From contig NMRA01001195.1 of assembly GCA_002633005.1 (NCBI GenBank), forward strand, positions 1 through 41,385: a stretch of DNA of 41,385 bases, in the 5' to 3' direction. The DNA comes from Phoronis australis. Lineage: Eukaryota; Animalia; Phoronida. Positions 23,201 to 33,400 of this stretch are shown piece by piece. Under the pieces are notes generated by a model, which saw only the letters and a program-made list of their open reading frames with translations, made no database searches and was not told the origin of the DNA. How positions within the stretch are numbered: position 1 is the stretch's first letter; every line of letters starts with the position of its first letter. Both the position numbers and the translations under genes were made by a program.

Positions 23201-26200
23201 TTAATTTACTCGATTGTATCATGCAATTCGTTCGGTACATAGATATTTTGTCAAGTCATTTAACATGTTAAACGCAGGTATTGCATTTTAGGTAATACTT
23301 ACACGTTGGCACATTATATTTGATATCAACTCTTGTCAAATCATCGCCACCTTCTGGTACTTACATTACAAATACCAACCCATGCGTCACTGTTCTGTTT
23401 AGAAAAGAAGACAACGAAGAAATTGTCAATGGAGGCACAGGGCCCTTGTCCGATAAAAGCTTTTTCTCCAGGGTTTCTACTCTAATTGCAAATACCAAGG
23501 GACAGATTCAAAGCTACAGCGCTAACCGACGAAAGGCAGACAATGCTAAAACCGTTCTTAAGTCGAGAAGAATGGTCCGTATCTGCTTATGCACAAGTTA
23601 CATTTGGTAAGTACGTTACGACGCTATAATGATGGTGGCTGGTCAAAATAACTGAAGGACTTTATAATGGGAAGACGTGTCTGGCTAGCGCGGGTCGTTG
23701 TGCGTTGCTCTTTTAATTGAATATTAATCAGCCAAAAACTACTCTGTTGATGTAGGACTGGGAAAATGACGTAGTACTGGGCCAATGACGTAGTACTGGG
23801 ACAATGACGTAGTACTGGGAAAATGATGTAGGACTGGGAAAGTGACGTAGGACTGGGAAAATGACGTAGGACTGGGAAAGTGACGTAGGACTGGGAAAGT
23901 GACGTAGGACTGGGAACGTGACGTAGGACTGGGAAAATGATGTAGAGCTAGGAAAATGAAAAGGAAGGAAAGGACTGCTATCCATTTTTTGCATTCATGT
24001 AAGGCAACGTCAGATCCGCACTTTCATCCAATTACTGCGACTTCCCCAAACTCCATAACTTTACTCCTTGACACTTATTGGTCACTTTTAGTTTCAACAC
24101 ACAACAAACAAAAATCAGCCCTAATACTGACAAGGCCTCCGCTGTTGATTCAGCCTCACCTTCTTCTTAAGGAAAGAATTTGTCCATACAAGAGACGAAC
24201 ACAATTAAGTTGGCTCAGAGACTCTTCGCACATAGTGCAACATATTGTTGGTACGACCTTGATACACTCCATCCTGTTTATTTACCAACGATTGTATCAT
24301 TGAGTAGTTTTAGCTATGGTTGCAGTTTTAGGGTTGTTATGGAAACTATTATATAAAAATACGTATTTTCGTGGCGTTTTAGACTAAACTACCAGTCATT
24401 TAAGTTGATAAAATCACAAAAACTGAGAACCGAACGTTCCGCGCGGTGCGCTCTTCATCAGCGGTATAAGGTAAATGCTACGAACTCTAGGAGAAAAAAC
24501 ATTACTGTAAAGATGGTGGTGTCATTCATTATGATAATGGTAATGATAAAGATAAAGCTTGTAATAAAAACGACGATTTACGTCATCACAGTAATAGTCA
24601 TGATGAAGACCATGGTGGTGATGATCATGGCGCCGCTAGATTACGAAAATAATGATGACCATTGTAATTTATTGATGGGTACAAAAATGTCTCAACCTTG
24701 TTCCTGATAGGTGTGGTGACTTCAATGTTAATTACTCTGAATTGAATGAGTGGTATGTCAATGACTGGAATCAATGGCACGCTACGCTCTGTGGATCATT
24801 CCAGGTTTACCAATGCGTTCGTGTACTGGGGTCTTTTGCTCAGCGTCAAGAAGATTTTCCCTGGTGATCTTTATGTGAACTTTATTCTCACAACATTTGC
24901 TGAACTTGCCGCGTATATCTTCGTGCACATTGTTCTAAGGTAAGAGGTTACTAGACGTGAAACTGCGATACATCTTATAAATATTAAGTATTTTGTAAAA
25001 TGGTATCGGCGGCTGGTTCCCTAGCGATATCACTGGTTATCGCGAGTAAGTTACGTCATCATTTTCCGCTCTTTCAGTCAGTCGGATACGTTCAGTCTCG
25101 CGAGGATTTGTTTTGTTGTCAAAGTTGTTAGACACTTTTAAAAATGTGTATCTTTAACTTAAGGTAAACTGACTGGTGAGGACAACTAACTGAGGCTTTG
25201 TTTGAGCCACCAGTTTATTGTTCATATTGAGTTTTATCAAATACAAAAAACGTAGGAATAGGAGACTCGATATTCATTAAAGGGCGCGAGTGGGTCACAT
25301 TTCATCTGAACAGATTGAAATTAGGAAGTACCATAGGTTTCGCGGACTAACGATTCCGTTTGGCTTCCTGATTGAACGCATACTAGTGCCACACATGATG
25401 ACCGATTCACATTCCTGGGGTTCGCAAACTTTCGACGAAAAGATAATATTCCCTCCGTATTCACCAGTTTAAAACATACGACGAGTCTCAATCTCTAGTA
25501 CAGGCGTAAATTATTGTTCTGTGGATACATCTGTGGCTGCCATTTGTGGGCGTACCACCAGAAATTTAGACATTCTGTTTCAAATTTTGGGGATAGGCCG
25601 GGTTTTGACAAAATTCAGAGTTTGAGCTGTAAATTGTAAACGAAGAAGAACGAGTTTGTTAAAATAGTGATTCTGAATGATATCCTGTTTATTTCAGAGT
25701 AAAATTAGTTTTAAGAACAAATCAAATATACGTATATGCGGATTACGTGTTTTCAACGAAATCTTTAAATGTTTTCAGATATGTTGGTCGGCGGACGCCA
25801 GTTCTAATCTTTCACTTAATAACAGGATTGAGTCTGCTGGCGGCTGTATTTACACCAAAAACAACAAGTAAGCAGTGCGGTTGTAAGCGGGCCTCGGTAA
25901 ACCGGAAACTTATTCAAATGCCATACTTAATAGTAACAACACTGATTACATCACGTGACGTATCAAAAACCCTCAGTAACCATATTAGACACTCTAAACT
26001 AATTTTAGTTACTTTTTATAAATAGCATTCTCAGCCACTAATATAACTCTTGAGTGTGATTAGTAAGTGTGGACGGTTAGTTGTTCCTGTGTAGACGAAA
26101 AGGCGATTTCTATCAATCAGAGTTAAGTTAACTCCCATGAGACCTTTTCGTTTTTGTAAATGTGAAGTTAGGTCAACCCATGAGATAATAATACCCCACC

Positions 26201-29200
26201 AATTTCAAAATTCGTGACGAGTCATGTTTCCGAATTACTGCATTTTGCCCGATTCTTCCGTGCAGGCATTCTTAAACTCACCCACGTGACATTTTCGCTC
26301 TTGTAAATGAGGTCTGGATGATTTTCTATTTAATTGTTTTTTACATTTCATGAGAACGCTTTTCAGTGCATGGTACACTCGAAGTGGTTGCTTTGTCTCA
26401 TTAAAGGTGACGGACAGAGTTTGCAGCCTCTCGTTATCGCTTTTGGGCTGGTTTGTCGCTTCGGCATTTCAGCCTCGTTTGCAGGTATATACCTTTACAG
26501 TCCGGAGGTTTTCCCCACCAATTTCAGGTAAATATTCGTACACGGTTATAAAATGTTAAAAAGATGCCAAACCCTGTTTTGGACATTTCAGCAAAGCCTT
26601 GTTCTGCCACCTGCTAAAGCATCACTGACGAGAATTAAAAGCAGAATCCAAGAAAAAAGTTGTACTCTCTGAGTCACAAATTGGATAACATGGTTCTTTG
26701 TGGGTAGCCTTTCCTTACGTTTGTAGTGTAACTCTCTGAAAGCGTAGGCCACTTTTCACCATTTAGTAGACTTTGAAAGGAATTTTCAAATTTCGCTTCG
26801 CACTTTTGAAGGCTATCGAGGATTACATAGGATTATTTTGTTTCATAGAACTGTATGGGAAAGTCGTTATCAATATCTGTTAATAGGCCAAAATCGGGTT
26901 TAGTATTCTTTTCAAAATTAGGACTGAGGTTTTCACGATTTCTTAATTGTAGTAAAAAGTCAGTGGTTCGAATTATTTACTAGCTTTCCAATACTTTAGG
27001 AAGCGCTATTTTTTGGTGAAAATGCGCAAATTTCACATCTCATAGGTTCGTGTTCATATAGTTTCACTGCCGAAATATTTTCTGCAAGATTTCTTGGAGC
27101 ACGTGTATCGGTTTGATGAACAGATTACAGAGTAAGTATACGGAGGAGGGGGAGGGTTATACAAAAAGTGGGTGATGGTTTGCGCAAAGATATTGATGGA
27201 TCATGTTTTAACTCACTCCATTTTATTTTACATGGGACAGGACTACAGGCCTAGGAATGTCCATAGCTTCAGCATTTGCTGGTTCACTCATCGCTCCATA
27301 TTTTACAATGCTCGTAAGTGTTCCCATTGCTGAGCCAATGGCATCATTTTGTTACAATTACATACTGAATGTGCTGCTGTCAATAGTCTGTATAAACGAT
27401 TGTGTAACCCTGTATGTTGATTGTTCAAGTAGACTAGATCACATTATGGTGTGAGGTTCCAGTAGACTAGGTCACAACATGGCGTGAGGTTCCAGTAAAC
27501 TAGATCACAATATGGTGTGAGGTTCCAGTAAACTAGATCACAATATGGTGTGAGGTTCAAGTAGACTAGGTCACAACATGGCGTGAGGTTCCAGTAAACT
27601 AGATCACAATATGGTGTGAGGTTCCAGTAAACTAGATCACAATATGGTGTGAGGTTCCAGTANCTGTATTTACACCAAAAACAACAAGTAAGCAGTGCGG
27701 TTGTAAGCGAATTACCGAAGCCACGGTGACTTGGATCGGGCCTCGGTAAACCGGAAACTTATTCAAATGCCGTACTTAATAGTAACAACACTGATTACAT
27801 CACGTGACGTATCAAAAACCCTCAGTAACCATATTAGACACTCTAAACTAATTTTAGGTTACTTTTTATAAATAGCATTCTCAGCCACTAATATAACTCT
27901 TGAGTGTGATTAGTAAGTGTGGACGGTTAGTTGTTCCTGTGTAGACGAAAAGGCGATTTCTGTCAATCAGAGTTAAGTTAACTCCCATGAGACCTTTTCG
28001 TTTTTGTAAATGTGAAGTTAGGTCAACCCATGAGATAATAACACCCCACCAATTTCAAAATTCGTGACGAGTCATGTTTCCGAATTACTGCATTTTGCCC
28101 GATTCTTCCGTGCAGGCATTCTTAAACTCACCCCCCACGTGACATTTTCGCTGTTGTTAATGAGGTCTGGATGATTTTCTATTTAATTGTCTTTTACATT
28201 TCATGAGAACGCTTTTCAATGCATGGTACACTCAAAGTGGTTACTTTGTCTCATTAAAGGTGACGGACAGAGTTTGCAGCCTCTCGTTATCGCTTTTGGG
28301 CTGGTTTGTCGCTTCGGCATTTCAGCCTCGTTTGCAGGTATATACCTTTACAGTCCGGAGGTGTTCCCCACCAATTTCAGGTAAACATTCGTGCTGGGTT
28401 ATAAAGTGTTAAAAAGATACCAAACCCTGTTTTGGACATTTCAGCAAAGCCTTGTTCTGCCACCTGCTAAAGCATCACTGACGAGAATCAAAAGCAGAAT
28501 CCAAGAAAAAAGTTGTACTCTCTGAGTCACAAATTGGATAACATGGTTCTTTGTGTGTAGCCTTTCCTTACGTTTGTATTGTAACTCTCTGAAAGCGTAG
28601 GCCACTTTTCACCATTTAGTAGACTTTGAAAGGAGTTTTCAAATTTCGCTTCGCACTTTTGAAGGCTGTCGAGGATTACCTAGGATTATTTTGTTTCATA
28701 GAACTGTATGGGAAAGTCGTTATCAATATCTGTTAATAGGCCAAAATCGGGTTTAGTATCCTTTTAAAAATTAGGACTGAGGTTTTCACGATTTCTTAAT
28801 TGTAGTAAAAAGTCAGTGGTTCGAATTATTTACTAGCTTTCCAATACTTTAGAAAGCGCTTTTTTGTGGTGAAAATGCGCAAATTTCACGTCATAGGTTC
28901 CTGATCATATAGTTTCACTGCCGAAGTATTTTCTGAAAGATTTCTTGGAGCACGTGTATCGGTTTGATGAACATATTACAGAGTAAGTATACGGAGGAGG
29001 GGGGAGGGTTATACAAAAAGTGGGTGACGGATTGCGCAAAGATATTGATGGATCCTGTTTTAACTCACTCTATTTTATTTTACATGGGACAGGACTACAG
29101 GCCTAGGAATGTCCATAGCTTCAGCATTTGCTGGTTCACTCATCGCTCCATATTTTACAATGCTCGTAAGTGTTCCCATTACTGAGCCAATGCCATCATT

Positions 29201-29771
29201 TTGTTACAATAACATACTGAATGTGGTGCTGTCAATAGTCTGTATAAACGATTGTGTAACCATGTATGTTGATTGTTTGAATACACACTGGAACTTCATT
29301 GGCTAGACATTAAGTTAGGTTAGACAATATGTTGCGAGGTTCCAGTAGACTAGATCACATTATGGTGTGAGGTTCCAGTAGACTAGATCACAATATGGTG
29401 TGAGGTTCCAGTAGACTAGATAACAACATGGTGTGAAGTTCCAGTAGACTAGATCACAATATGGTGTGAGGTTCCAGTAGACTAGATCACAATATGGTGT
29501 GAGGTTCCATTAGACTAGATCACAATATCTTTCACATTGTGAAATTAAACGTCAGTTACACCCATATATGTGAAAAATTGAGATGAGTCATCAGTACATC
29601 TAAAACTACAAACTTTTAAAACCTTTGCAGAGTGTCTTCGCGGACTGGTTACCAGGTACAGCAATTGCTTGTTTGGCATTGATTGCCGGCGTTGTATGTT
29701 GGTTTCTACCAGAGACACGTAATCGCCCTTTACCGGAAACCGTCAGAGATGTCGAAAACTTGTACACGTGA
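8078..29771 (+). CDS. SLC22-family (organic cation transporter/Orct-like) MFS transporter, about 620 aa; coding exons 8078-8219, 17072-17250, 19540-19770, 20277-20340, 21158-21287, 22331-22684, 23403-23606, 24805-24939, 25779-25867, 26407-26527 (dup 28260-28380), 27241-27313 (dup 29093-29165), 29631-29771
   Basis: All junctions are GT-AG with matching phases; total 1863 nt in frame. Motifs: ELGGYSRWQ, Cys-rich first loop ending TIANE|[72 protein letters not shown] possible donor at 29768 (AC|gtgagc) means the last codons are uncertain. Confidence 0.9.
8567..8715 (+). repeat. 36-bp minisatellite, 4 copies
   Basis: GACCATACTGTGTAGCACGATACCCCCACAAAGCGT head-to-tail with no spacers. Confidence 0.9.
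9470..9588 (+). repeat. 31-bp minisatellite, about 3.5 copies
   Basis: AGATTGTGACTTCCATGATAAAATGATATGG. Confidence 0.85.
9873..10050 (+). repeat. About 70-bp degenerate tandem repeat, about 2.5 copies
   Basis: GGATGGAAGGCCACTCGCCATCAGACGTGTAAATGATTC recurs three times. Confidence 0.75.
10175..14256 (+). mobile_element. Decayed Ty3/gypsy LTR retrotransposon (probably Mag-like)
   Basis: Putative 5' LTR ending AAAACA at 10346 (start approximate), then the PBS. Gag from ATG 10583 with two zinc knuckles ([21 protein letters not shown] at about 11270-11375). RT ([16 protein letters not shown]), RNase H (ADASSYGLG), integrase ([19 protein letters not shown]). Several frameshifts and stops. Confidence 0.93.
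10347..10364 (+). other. Primer-binding site complementary to the tRNA-Leu 3' end
   Basis: TGGTGTCAGAAGTGGGAT directly after the LTR-terminal CA. Confidence 0.85.
14838..15609 (-). mobile_element. Penelope-like element, 5'-truncated copy (RT C-terminus + GIY-YIG endonuclease)
   Basis: Reverse strand reads [61 protein letters not shown]. Confidence 0.92.
15612..15859 (+). mobile_element. tRNA-derived SINE
   Basis: A-box-like GTGGCCTGGTTG, B box GGTTCAAGTCC (15668-15678), T-rich (TTTA) tail, 13-bp TSD TGATTGATACATC at 15597-15609 and 15860-15872. Confidence 0.85.
15867..16593 (+). mobile_element. Penelope-like element, second copy in inverted orientation
   Basis: Reverse complement of about 14835-15432 with frameshifts; ends [11 protein letters not shown], followed by a 3' region with a hammerhead-like motif and a tail. 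Confidence 0.92.
16471..16509 (+). ncRNA. Degenerate minimal type-I hammerhead ribozyme of the PLE
   Basis: ca-TCGACAA(for CTGANGA)-a-GACCTGG-cgga-CCAGGTC-GAAAC-GTC-tg; perfect 7-bp stem II and GAAAC-GUC, core mutated. Confidence 0.65.
16682..17057 (+). repeat. 75-bp minisatellite, 5 copies
   Basis: AACATTGCGTAATGAGTTTTAATTAGATAGG...GTGAAACAAGTTT; explains the 25-aa repeat in ORF 16625-17215. Confidence 0.95.
17072..17250 (+). CDS. SLC22 exon, extracellular Cys loop
   Basis: ttttcag|[13 protein letters not shown]...[19 protein letters not shown]|gtgagc. Confidence 0.9.
17743..17990 (-). mobile_element. Gypsy-type integrase fragment from a different element
   Basis: [44 protein letters not shown] resembles the rve core (GLPE..SDNGPQF.S..F..F...NGI.H..S); boundaries approximate. 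Confidence 0.75.
18275..18434. repeat. Long imperfect hairpin
   Basis: AAAACGTAC..GAAGTAATATCCCA..GACATTATTC..GACC-GAA-GGTC..GAATAATGTC..TGGGATATTACTTC..GTACGTTTT. Confidence 0.8.
19540..19770 (+). CDS. SLC22 exon TM2-4
   Basis: FDLVCDR...[10 protein letters not shown]...[10 protein letters not shown]. Confidence 0.9.
20277..20340 (+). CDS. SLC22 exon
   Basis: [21 protein letters not shown], cag|..|gtgaca. Confidence 0.85.
21158..21287 (+). CDS. SLC22 exon TM5-6
   Basis: GMSLEYVW...[18 protein letters not shown]. Confidence 0.9.
22331..22684 (+). CDS. SLC22 exon, central loop
   Basis: [30 protein letters not shown]..., donor GG|gtattg in phase with the next exon. Confidence 0.8.
22870..23200 (-). 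mobile_element. Old Penelope-like GIY-YIG remnant
   Basis: [33 protein letters not shown] (across a frameshift) resembles the PLE C-terminal R.IKEAI.IR....MNRD.G..L..IY..L; boundaries approximate. Confidence 0.6.
23403..23606 (+). CDS. SLC22 exon, end of loop and TM7
   Basis: KEDNEE...[18 protein letters not shown]|gtaagt. Confidence 0.8.
23747..23958 (+). repeat. 19-bp minisatellite, about 11 copies
   Basis: TGACGTAGGACTGGGAAAA/G. Confidence 0.9.
24429..24465 (-). ncRNA. Minimal type-I hammerhead-like motif (two substitutions)
   Basis: Minus strand: ACCG-CTGATGA-A-GAGCG-cac-CGCGC-GGAAC-GTT-CGGT; stem I ACCG/CGGT, intact CUGAUGA. Confidence 0.6.
24805..24939 (+). CDS. SLC22 exon
   Basis: [10 protein letters not shown]...[18 protein letters not shown]. 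Confidence 0.9.
25779..25867 (+). CDS. SLC22 exon
   Basis: [16 protein letters not shown]. Confidence 0.9.
26407..26527 (+). CDS. SLC22 exon (copy 1)
   Basis: [25 protein letters not shown]. Confidence 0.85.
27241..27313 (+). CDS. SLC22 exon (copy 1)
   Basis: [21 protein letters not shown]. Confidence 0.85.
27425..27662 (+). repeat. 33-bp minisatellite (also at 29325-29528)
   Basis: TATGGTGTGAGGTTCCAGTA(A/G)ACTAGATCACAA. Confidence 0.9.
28260..28380 (+). CDS. SLC22 exon (duplicate copy of 26407-26527)
   Basis: Same translation as copy 1; lies within the duplicated block. Confidence 0.7.
29093..29165 (+). CDS. SLC22 exon (duplicate copy of 27241-27313)
   Basis: Same translation as copy 1; lies within the duplicated block. 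Confidence 0.7.
29631..29771 (+). CDS. SLC22 last coding exon
   Basis: SVFADWLPG...[22 protein letters not shown]. Confidence 0.85.
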   Translation, partial: SVFADWLPGTAIACLALIAGVVCWFLPETRNRPLPETVRDVENLYT

Positions 29772-29842
29772 GCGGATACCACGACAAATATCAAACATGG
29801 CAACTCCCAAAGAGTGGTGAAACTGGATCGACTTGCTTAAAA

Positions 29843-30082
29843 CATGCGCGCACCCAGGGGGGAGGGGGCTCGAACGAGCCCCCCATTTGGCGAAGTGGGC
29901 AAAAAGTTCCGCCCCCGAGAGACAAAAAGTTCGAGAAAATGGCACAAAAGTCCACTAAATAAGCGCAAACGCGCACTTCACAGTGGTGCCCCCGTTTTTT
30001 AGTCCGCCCGCTGTTTTGTTAGCAAAAGGTCCACGACGTCAAGAATTCGAGGCCCCCGTATTGCATGCTGGGTTCGCGCATG
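29843..30082. mobile_element. MITE with about 15-bp TIRs
   Basis: CATGCGCGCACCCAG ... CTGGGTTCGCGCATG, flanked by TAAAA on both sides. Confidence 0.75.
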
Positions 30083-30441
30083 TAAAAGTAATATCTATTT
30101 ACTCAAGAAACACAATATATACTACTACTATGGTTTTATTTGATGGAATTAATGATTTTTCCCTAAATCCCACACGTACATGTTCGGCTCGCAGAGATGA
30201 CTAATTATTGAATCTGACAGTACGGCGCAGTGCCCTCTATCGACATATAATAAAATGACCGTGCCTGGTATTCTGTATGTGAACACAGCCAACACAATGT
30301 ATCGAAAAGTTGTAAAATACACAATACAAGCAGTAAGTATGTATATTTGTGTACCAGTCGCGAGCTTAGTCTTTAGACCTCAGCCTGCTACAATATTCTC
30401 TAAGCATACTGGCTCAGTTGTTACTTTGTATGGTAATGTCT

Positions 30442-33400
30442 TTATCTGTAGGTAGGAATAAACGACTTGGTGTGATGAAAGCCACCCATCCCCAGTTGTG
30501 GTGCTGCAGGAAGTGCATACACGTCATCTTGATTATTTGCTGGTGCTATTTCCATGAAACTCGCTCCGTAAGAATGGTTGACGGGAAAGTGCGTGCCTGA
30601 AACAGTAAAACATTGCTGTAGATCATGCACGCACCCAGCTTAAAATAGGGGGGAGGGCTCGAATTTATGAGAATGTGTACCTTTTTTGTTAAAAAAAACG
30701 GAGTACATTCAAACCTATAAATTGTGCATTAGCCGCATTCCTACCTTTTTGGCGACTTTTGTTTCGTTTTCTACTTTTTCTGACTTTTTGTTTCTCCGAG
30801 GCGGACCTTTTTGCCCTCTTCGCCAACTAGGGGGAGCCCCCCTGGGTGCGCATATACCATACTTACCAAATAGCAGATATCCATTCAAACTAATAATTAA
30901 TAAGGCCACGATACTAGCTCAGGAATTAAAACAAACATGTTGTTAACACCGTTTTGAATAGGGTATTACCTGCTCCTGTTGTGTCGGCAATTATTTAGAA
31001 GGATGATATAATTAGCAGGCATAATTAATGAGCAGGGATACTTACACCTACTTTGTTATTGGAAAATACTTTCAGTTAAATAGTGAGGCCAGTGTGTTGA
31101 CTAGAATTATGATGCGATCAGGAATTTCGAGTGTTTCAACTAGATGTACTAGTTACCCGGGAGGCCTATAGCCACGAAACTGCGTTGTGAAACCAGGCAC
31201 ATTTTGTAGCGTATTATACCGGGCAGGACCGGTTGTACTAAAAGTGTCCGCAAACACCTTAATCAGTAGCGTATCAACACATTTTGGTTGCTGAAACATG
31301 ATCAGGGATTGCTGTCGCCCTCCCGTAAGGAATTTTGCAATTTTCTGTTTGAACCGTCAAATTGTGAGCCGCTGCCTCTGCACGATGGAGCCTTGCTTTG
31401 AGCGGGTTGCCATTAATCTCACACTAGATCCGCCGGTTGCTTTGAACAAAAATTTTAAGGGTAAAACATTTACCTGCTAGCCCATGATCATGTGGCCGAC
31501 CGTAGAAGTGGCGGCTATCTTCGAAGGTGTTGCGATTGTAGTCTTGAAAGGTGGTTGCGTGACTTCTCAAGTAAGGCGACGTTTTAGCAAAGGCGTCGTA
31601 GCCGGAATTGAATCTACCGTAACCTGTATAACTGTATGGGTCCGAAAACGCAGCGTGGTGATGGTGAGATCTCGCGTGAGCCTCGTTCCAGTATTGTTGC
31701 ATATGAACCGAATTGATTGGTTGATAAGAATGGTTGTCTGAAAACGTTTGCGGAAATGACGTCGCAAAAGTATTAGCCTGAGCACTATAATCGGGAAAGC
31801 TGCCAAATGTCACGTGGTGGGGAAAATAAGGCCTGTCACTGAGAGAGGTATAATGCTTTAAAGCTGTTGCTCGCTGGGAGTGGGTGGAGCCAAGTCTGTC
31901 GTTTCCATAGTAGCAAGGCGTTGTTTCTCGGAAAGCTGTATTTGTATTGGGGCGCGTAAATGCCGTTGCTGTCCCTACGTCACCATGTAGATGAGGATAT
32001 GGCATCAAAAAGTGTTTTGTCCTCGCGCCACTAATTGCACCAGATGCATCTGTAAAGGAAATGAAGAGCGGTAACTAGGACTACCCGGCACTTTCAAGAG
32101 TATCGATTCGTAACACGTAAATACAAAATCTTAATGAGAAACTCGCATCTTGCAAGTTAGCGCACTTTCAATGACACGGTGTTCGACCTGTACCAAAGGA
32201 ATTCATGCAGGGGTGCGTTCCGTAATGGTAGCCACTCGCAAGGCACATGCGACGACATATTGAAAAGTATAGTTCACATTTTCCCATAATTAAACATTTC
32301 TGCCTCACCAACCAGTCCCTTAAGTGTAAGTCATTTTGTTAACCGGTCATACATTTGCAAGAATTTTACGTGATCTTTTATGAAATCGCCTAATTCGCAA
32401 GGAAATTGCATGACGGAAGGCAGCCCAGGTGGTCTCATGTGAACCTTATTTCGCGAACGCCCACGTGGAAATGAGGAAATTCTAGTCTACGTGGGTTATA
32501 GAAATGAACGTTTCTTCAGTTATAGCTACGCATAGTAGAAACAAGTAAAAGATTGTGAAAAGACGATGAACCACTAAAACCTCAATAAAAAGCGGCTAAA
32601 CGTGTCGTTGTGTTACCAGACGTGTCTTCGTATCACCAAAAGTGTTTTCGTATTACCAGACGTGACGTCGTATTATCAGACGTGTCATCGTATTAACAGA
32701 CGTGCAGTCGTATTATCAGACGTGTTGTTGCATTACCAGACGCGTCATTGCATTATCGGACGTGTCGTAGTACCAGGGGTGTCGTCGTATTACCAGACGT
32801 GTCGTCGTATTACCAGACGTGTCGTCGTATTATGAGACGTTATGTCGTACTATCAGATGTGTCGTCGTATTATTACATGTGTCATCGTGTTGTCAGACGT
32901 GTCTTCGTATTACCAGACGTGTCATATTACCAGAAGTGTCCTCATATTATTAGACGCGTTGTCGTATTAACAGACATTTATTTGTATCATCAGACGTGTC
33001 GTTGTATTATCAGACGTATCGTTGTATTGCTGGACGTGTCGTCGCATTATCAGACGTGTTGTTGTATTATCGGACGTGTCTTAAACAGCTCACTAACTGA
33101 TACTCCAGTGTTGGGGTTATTTTAATTGATATTAAAATAGTTTGACGATGTCAATATTTGTACGAAGAGTCCCCGAGGTGACTCCGAGGTACCACGCTAA
33201 TGGTCGTCTGCAGTTATGAATAAGACAACCCAGAACTTTCAGAACAGTTATTCCCACAAATCTACTATAAGGAAAAAAGATGTACGTTCTTGCACGTCAT
33301 TCATCCCGTTATATCACTGGGGCTTGTTCCGGAAGTTACTGTCACGTCAGCCGGCATTCACCATTATTCATTACCATTAGCTCATGTCTACGGTCGAAAC

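Larger units (their letters stand above)
25844..29528 (+). repeat. About 1.8-kb near-identical tandem duplication (25844-27662 vs 27664-29528) joined at an N
   Basis: Copy 2 restarts mid-exon directly after the n at 27663; scattered SNPs and small indels. Confidence 0.9.

Noticed and set aside
31424-31473. RFX ending at the read-through stop at 31424
   Set aside because: A strong donor CAG|gtaaat at 31474/31473 and an in-phase terminal exon at 30596-30442 fit better.
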